Assembly: GCA_937952315.1 (NCBI GenBank)
Contig: CALFZX010000016.1
Coordinates: 14,969 to 78,968 of the forward strand
DNA length: 64,000 nucleotides
DNA from: an uncultured bacterium
GTDB lineage: Bacteria > Patescibacteriota > Minisyncoccia > CAIUEV01
Direction of reading: 5' to 3'
Both the position numbers and the translations under genes were made by a program. The notes below the pieces were generated by a model that was not told where the DNA came from, made no database searches, and worked only from the letters and a program-made list of their open reading frames with translations. This document shows, piece by piece, positions 59,838 to 64,000 of the stretch (its first letter is position 1; the number at the start of each line of letters is the position of its first letter).

Positions 59838-60245
59838 ATGGACAAAATTAACAAAGCCGTTGTTTCGCTTATGATTATTTTTGCTTTTCTGATACCAGTA
59901 TCGCTCGGAAATTTAAATTCCGGTAGTTTTGTGTCTTTGGCCGAAGCTAAAAGTTCTAAGGTTAGCAAAAAGGAGAAGGAAAAGAGGAAGAAAGACACTA
60001 AGAAAAGAGTCAAAAGATTGGGTTCAATGGGTATCCCAAAGAGTTTTTATGGGAAAAGTTACGGTTCGACAATGTCACTCAAGGAAATGGGTAATATTGT
60101 CGCTAAATGGATCATTTCGGAATATACTCGAACCGGTCAGATTCCTCCTCTGGGGGAGAATAATTCCGATTGGTTAGTCTTGAAGGTGAACGGTCAGTGT
60201 ATGGCTAGCGATAAGGCGTGCGCCCGTTGGCCCGATAATTACTAA
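59838..60245 (+). CDS. Hypothetical secreted basic protein
   Basis: Signal-like N-terminus, Lys-rich segment, terminal Cys pair. Confidence 0.6.
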   Translation: MDKINKAVVSLMIIFAFLIPVSLGNLNSGSFVSLAEAKSSKVSKKEKEKRKKDTKKRVKRLGSMGIPKSFYGKSYGSTMSLKEMGNIVAKWIISEYTRTGQIPPLGENNSDWLVLKVNGQCMASDKACARWPDNY

Positions 60246-60263
60246 AGAATCCAGCATTCGGAG

Positions 60264-60300
60264 ATAAAAAAAAACGGACCGTTAAGGTCCGTTTTTTTAT
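60264..60300. terminator. Bidirectional intrinsic terminator
   Basis: A-tract-CGGACC / GGTCCG-T-tract. Confidence 0.8.
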
Positions 60301-60317
60301 GGGCAAATTAAATTTTT

Positions 60318-60716
60318 TTAGGCAAAAATTTCCGGAACAATCGTTATGCTCATCAAAACAAAAATATTCATAACCGTTGAAATAATCAAAGCCATCCGGC
60401 CGATGCCGTTGAAATCTTTTTTGTTTTCAAAATATTCTTTATTTAAAGCCAAGCTGATCACAAAAGCCAAGATGATCGAAGGAATGGTCATGATGATCGA
60501 TGCCCAGATTGCTCCGTCCATTTGAGAAAAATCAGCCAATGATCCTCCAAAATAGACGGGAATCATCAAAAGCAAAACGGGCGCGGACAGAACACTTAGA
60601 AACCAAACCAACAAAGGCATTTTTAATTCCTCATTTTTTGGTTTTACCGTTGAAACTCTCGTTGCCATTGTGGAAACGGTCTTTTTTGCTCTTTTGGGAG
60701 CGGATTTTTTACTCAT
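60318..60716 (-). CDS. Hypothetical 3-TM membrane protein
   Basis: Basic N-terminus, three hydrophobic segments. Confidence 0.6.
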   Translation of the reverse strand: MSKKSAPKRAKKTVSTMATRVSTVKPKNEELKMPLLVWFLSVLSAPVLLLMIPVYFGGSLADFSQMDGAIWASIIMTIPSIILAFVISLALNKEYFENKKDFNGIGRMALIISTVMNIFVLMSITIVPEIFA

Positions 60717-60904
60717 TTTTTTTGTTTATTTTATTTTTATGAAAAAAATTTCAAATCTATTTTAATTAGAAAATTTTAAGTAGGCAAATTTTGAATTTTT
60801 TAATTTTATAAATTGACAAGTCTTCAGAGTCTCTGTTTCTCCTTTTTTCTTCTTTTATAAAAAAAGAATACAATAAAAATATATTAATTTCTAAAAACAA
60901 AAAT

Positions 60905-61765
60905 ATGTTTGCAAGTGCCAAAGAAATTTTGACTAAAGCTAAAGAGGGAAAATATGCAGTGGGAGCTTTCAATGTATCCAACATGGAGATCGCTCAAGCG
61001 GTCGTAATGGCCGGAGTCGAAAGGAGATCCCCTCTCATTCTCCAAATCACGGAAAGTGCTATGAAATACGCCGGAGATAAAGAACTTTCCAAGATTGTTC
61101 GAACGATTATCGATGAAAGGTCGGAGGATATTCCGGTCGGCATTAATTTAGATCACGGGAAAACCTTTGATGCGGTAAAAAAAGCTATTGATTTAGGTTT
61201 CAGCTCGGTGATGATAGACGGTTCCAGACTGACTTTCCAGGAGAATAAGAATTTGACTAAAATGGTGGTGGAATATTCTCACCAGAGAAATATACCGGTT
61301 CAAGCGGAGTTGGGGATCGTTCCCTATTTGGGAGAATTGAGCACCGATCAAGTCGATTGGTCAGCGTTAATGACTGATCCCGATAAAGCGAAAGAATTTA
61401 TTGAGTACACAAAAGCTGATTTTCTAGCGGTGGCCATCGGTAATGCTCACGGTTTTTTTCGAGAGGCGGAAGTTTTCGATTGGGCCAGACTTAAAACTAT
61501 TAACGAAAAATTAGGAATTCCTTTGGTTCTTCACGGTGCTTCCGATTGCTCGGTCGATAAAATCAGCAAATCAATTGAAAACGGTGTTGCTTGTTTTAAT
61601 GTTGATACGGATATTCGTTTAGCTTTTATGGGACAATTGACTAAAATGGTTGATTCGAAAATTTCAATCACTGATCCGAGAAAAATTATGGAAGCGGTGA
61701 GAGAAGCCGTTAAAAAGAAAGTTATTGAAAAAATCAATATTTTCGGTAGTGGTCACAAAGCTTAG
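60905..61765 (+). CDS. fba: Class II fructose-bisphosphate aldolase
   Basis: YAVGAFN, LDHG, SSVMIDGS, AIGNAHG, PLVLHGAS. Confidence 0.94.
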   Translation: MFASAKEILTKAKEGKYAVGAFNVSNMEIAQAVVMAGVERRSPLILQITESAMKYAGDKELSKIVRTIIDERSEDIPVGINLDHGKTFDAVKKAIDLGFSSVMIDGSRLTFQENKNLTKMVVEYSHQRNIPVQAELGIVPYLGELSTDQVDWSALMTDPDKAKEFIEYTKADFLAVAIGNAHGFFREAEVFDWARLKTINEKLGIPLVLHGASDCSVDKISKSIENGVACFNVDTDIRLAFMGQLTKMVDSKISITDPRKIMEAVREAVKKKVIEKINIFGSGHKA

Positions 61766-62700
61766 CCCATTGTTTTTAATTTAAAAAATCGTTTTTTTCC
61801 CGACAAATCTGTCATTGTTTCGACAATCGGGAACAGTTTTTTCTTCTGAGCATGTTTTTTTATTGCCGGGATAGTCGAAGGGGACGCTTCAATAAAAACC
61901 GTGATTTTTTTTGAGGGATTTTTTTTTAGTATCCAATCCGTTATTTGATTTATTAGTCGGCTTATTATTTCGTCTCCCTTTTCTCCTCCAATTAAAGCTT
62001 TTTTCGGCTCATGAAGAATTACTTCAAGGCTTAGTTTGGTATATTCCTTCTTTGAAATATAGGGGAGGTTGGCAAGAATAAAAAGTTCTTTACGCGAACC
62101 AATGATCGATTTTTCTTTCTTTATAAAGCTCAGTAGATTGCTTTTGAGAAATTTAATCTTTTTACTTTTTAGTTTATTGTAAATTGAATTTTTTTGAGCC
62201 AGAAAAAGCGCTTTACTGTCAATGTCGGTCAATATCGTCAGGGGATTTTGCGGAATATTTTTGATAACGCTCAATCCAAGACAGCCGCTTCCGGTGCCAA
62301 TTTCAATAAGTTCAATTTTCTCTCGATTTTTTTTTATTTCTTCAACCGTTATTCTAGCCAATTCTTCTGTCTCCGGACGAGGAATAAGGGTGTGCTTGTT
62401 AACTTTTATTTTTAAGTTCCAGAAAGAAACTATGCCCAAGATACGATCTTTAGGAAGTCCTTTCAATCTTTTTGAAATAAAGTTACGGATGAGCTTTTTA
62501 TCTGAACTTTTGATTTCTCGATGGAGCAAAAGTAACAGCTTCTCGAACTTGATTTTTTTCTTAAATTCCAACCATTCGGCGATTTCTTTAAAAAAAATTG
62601 AGTGTAAATTTTTTGAGTTCAAGTTTTGATACTGAATATCGTTTTGCTTAGCTATCAAAAGTTTTTTAATTTCGGAATCGATAAAATTTTTCCAGATCAT
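61762..62700 (-). CDS. prmC: Release factor glutamine methyltransferase (HemK family)
   Basis: LIPRPETE, EIGTGSG, ANLPYI, EP..AL.GG..G. Confidence 0.9.
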   Translation of the reverse strand: MIWKNFIDSEIKKLLIAKQNDIQYQNLNSKNLHSIFFKEIAEWLEFKKKIKFEKLLLLLHREIKSSDKKLIRNFISKRLKGLPKDRILGIVSFWNLKIKVNKHTLIPRPETEELARITVEEIKKNREKIELIEIGTGSGCLGLSVIKNIPQNPLTILTDIDSKALFLAQKNSIYNKLKSKKIKFLKSNLLSFIKKEKSIIGSRKELFILANLPYISKKEYTKLSLEVILHEPKKALIGGEKGDEIISRLINQITDWILKKNPSKKITVFIEASPSTIPAIKKHAQKKKLFPIVETMTDLSGKKRFFKLKTMG

Positions 62701-62757
62701 TGTTTAAAGAATAAAATTAGGCTAAAAATTACTATCTTTCTTTTAACCGCTAAAAAA

Positions 62758-63816
62758 ATGTCACGCAAAGTTGCACTTTTGCTTTCCGGAGGAATTGACT
62801 CGACAACGGCCGGATATTTGCTCAAAAAAGAGGGCTACGATGTCCACGCTTTTTTTCTTCGCATCAAGCCGGCGGGGGAGGTTTTTTCTCTTTGGCGCGA
62901 GGCGGAGGGAAAAGCTAGAATTTCGGCGGCCGATCTGAATATTCCCTTCGGTGTTTTAGATCTGAGAAAAGAATTCGAGCGAGAGGTGGTGGGCAATTTC
63001 TTATCGGAAATAAAAAAAGGAAAAACTCCGAATCCTTGTTCTATCTGTAATCCCACAATTAAATTCGGTGCTTTTTGGAGCAAGGTCAGACTGCTGGGTT
63101 TTGATTTTATGGCGACCGGACATTATGCCGGCCTCAAAGAAACTTCTCAAGGATTATTTTTACGAAAAGGTAGAGACTCTCGTAAAGATCAAAGCTATTT
63201 TCTTTATGGAATCAGCAAAAAGCTACTTCCCTTCTTAAAATTTCCCTTAGCCGATTTAACCAAAATCCAGGTGCGAGAAATGGCAATTAAGAAAATCAAT
63301 AGTCGCTTTTCTGCAATGAGCGAAAGCCAAGGAGTGTGTTTTCTGGGGGGGATGAAATATGCTGATTTTATCAAGAAGAATATCAAAATTCGGGAAGGCG
63401 AAGTGTTGAATGAAAAGGGTAAAATTATCGGTTCTCACCCGGGCGTCTGGTTTTTTACGGAGGGTCAAAAAACGGGAATTCGGGACATCCGATACCATAA
63501 CCAATCGGTTTATGTTACGGGCAGAGATATCACAAGTAACACGCTCACTGTTTCAGTCAATCCTCGTAAGAATGCTTTACTCAAGAAAAAAATCGTCCTC
63601 AAAGAATTAAAGCTAAGTTGTTCCTTTGGAAAAACGGAGATGTCAGTTGCCGCTAAAACTCGCTACGGCGCCAAAGAGTCCGAGGGAAAACTTATTGTTA
63701 AATCTGGAAAATCAGCTATTTTTTTACCGGCTCAGCCTATTCCAACGCCGGCGGCCGGTCAGTCCGTTGTTTTTTACGACGGCGATATCGTTCTGGGTGG
63801 CGGGGTCGTTAAGTAG
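62758..63816 (+). CDS. mnmA: tRNA 2-thiouridylase
   Basis: SGGIDS, TPNPC..CN..IKFG, ATGHYA, KDQSYFL, ESQG.CF, GQS.VFY; likely start 62758. Confidence 0.95.
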   Translation: MSRKVALLLSGGIDSTTAGYLLKKEGYDVHAFFLRIKPAGEVFSLWREAEGKARISAADLNIPFGVLDLRKEFEREVVGNFLSEIKKGKTPNPCSICNPTIKFGAFWSKVRLLGFDFMATGHYAGLKETSQGLFLRKGRDSRKDQSYFLYGISKKLLPFLKFPLADLTKIQVREMAIKKINSRFSAMSESQGVCFLGGMKYADFIKKNIKIREGEVLNEKGKIIGSHPGVWFFTEGQKTGIRDIRYHNQSVYVTGRDITSNTLTVSVNPRKNALLKKKIVLKELKLSCSFGKTEMSVAAKTRYGAKESEGKLIVKSGKSAIFLPAQPIPTPAAGQSVVFYDGDIVLGGGVVK

Positions 63817-63828
63817 TTTTTTATTGAA

Positions 63829-63999
63829 CTATTTAACTTCAAAGACGAAATACTCGCTGTTGCTGTAAACTTCTTTGAACAAATCTTTACGCGCCAGCAA
63901 ATTGCTGCGAAATTCGGGGTGATCGCGATTGACGAGCACCCATTTTGATTTGAATAAATCTTTTATTCTTTCCAGATTGTCCGGATCATCGCCGGAAGA
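63829..63999 (-). CDS. C-terminal end (partial) of an unidentified protein
   Basis: Open frame SSGDDPDNLERIKDLFKSKWVLV...FKEVYSNSEYFVFEVK*. Confidence 0.5.
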   Translation of the reverse strand, partial: SSGDDPDNLERIKDLFKSKWVLVNRDHPEFRSNLLARKDLFKEVYSNSEYFVFEVK

Positions 64000-64000
64000 A

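Overview
64 kb of AT-rich chromosome from a small-genome bacterium. Gene content and style point to Patescibacteria/CPR (inference); the standard bacterial code fits. Most of the window is housekeeping: ribosomal proteins, tuf, lepA, glyQS, argS, tgt, mnmA, prmC, eno, fba, PGI/PMI, PBP, mltG, dprA and several glycosyltransferases. RNA genes are 5 tRNAs, 16S, 5S and RNase P RNA. Canonical operons are heavily fragmented. I found no integrase, transposase, reverse transcriptase or CRISPR array. Features most worth follow-up: (1) a tandemly duplicated convergent two-gene module next to tRNA-Arg, encoding a secreted Pro-Ala/Asn-Tyr/Trp-Asp-Gly low-complexity protein and a small exported partner; (2) three secreted tail-fibre-like paralogues with DNA-level mosaicism, a Cys-framed variable tip, and one copy interrupted by TGG>TGA; (3) an unassigned ~150-nt structured RNA upstream of tgt; (4) 16S followed directly by 5S with no 23S, running into rplY-rpsL-rpsG, with a duplicated 16S 5' end in the leader; (5) rnpB in the usual rnpA position after rpmH, carrying a heptamer-repeat hairpin; (6) orphan genes with strong SD and boxA-like leaders, which core genes lack. 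All calls were made by eye with no database searches.
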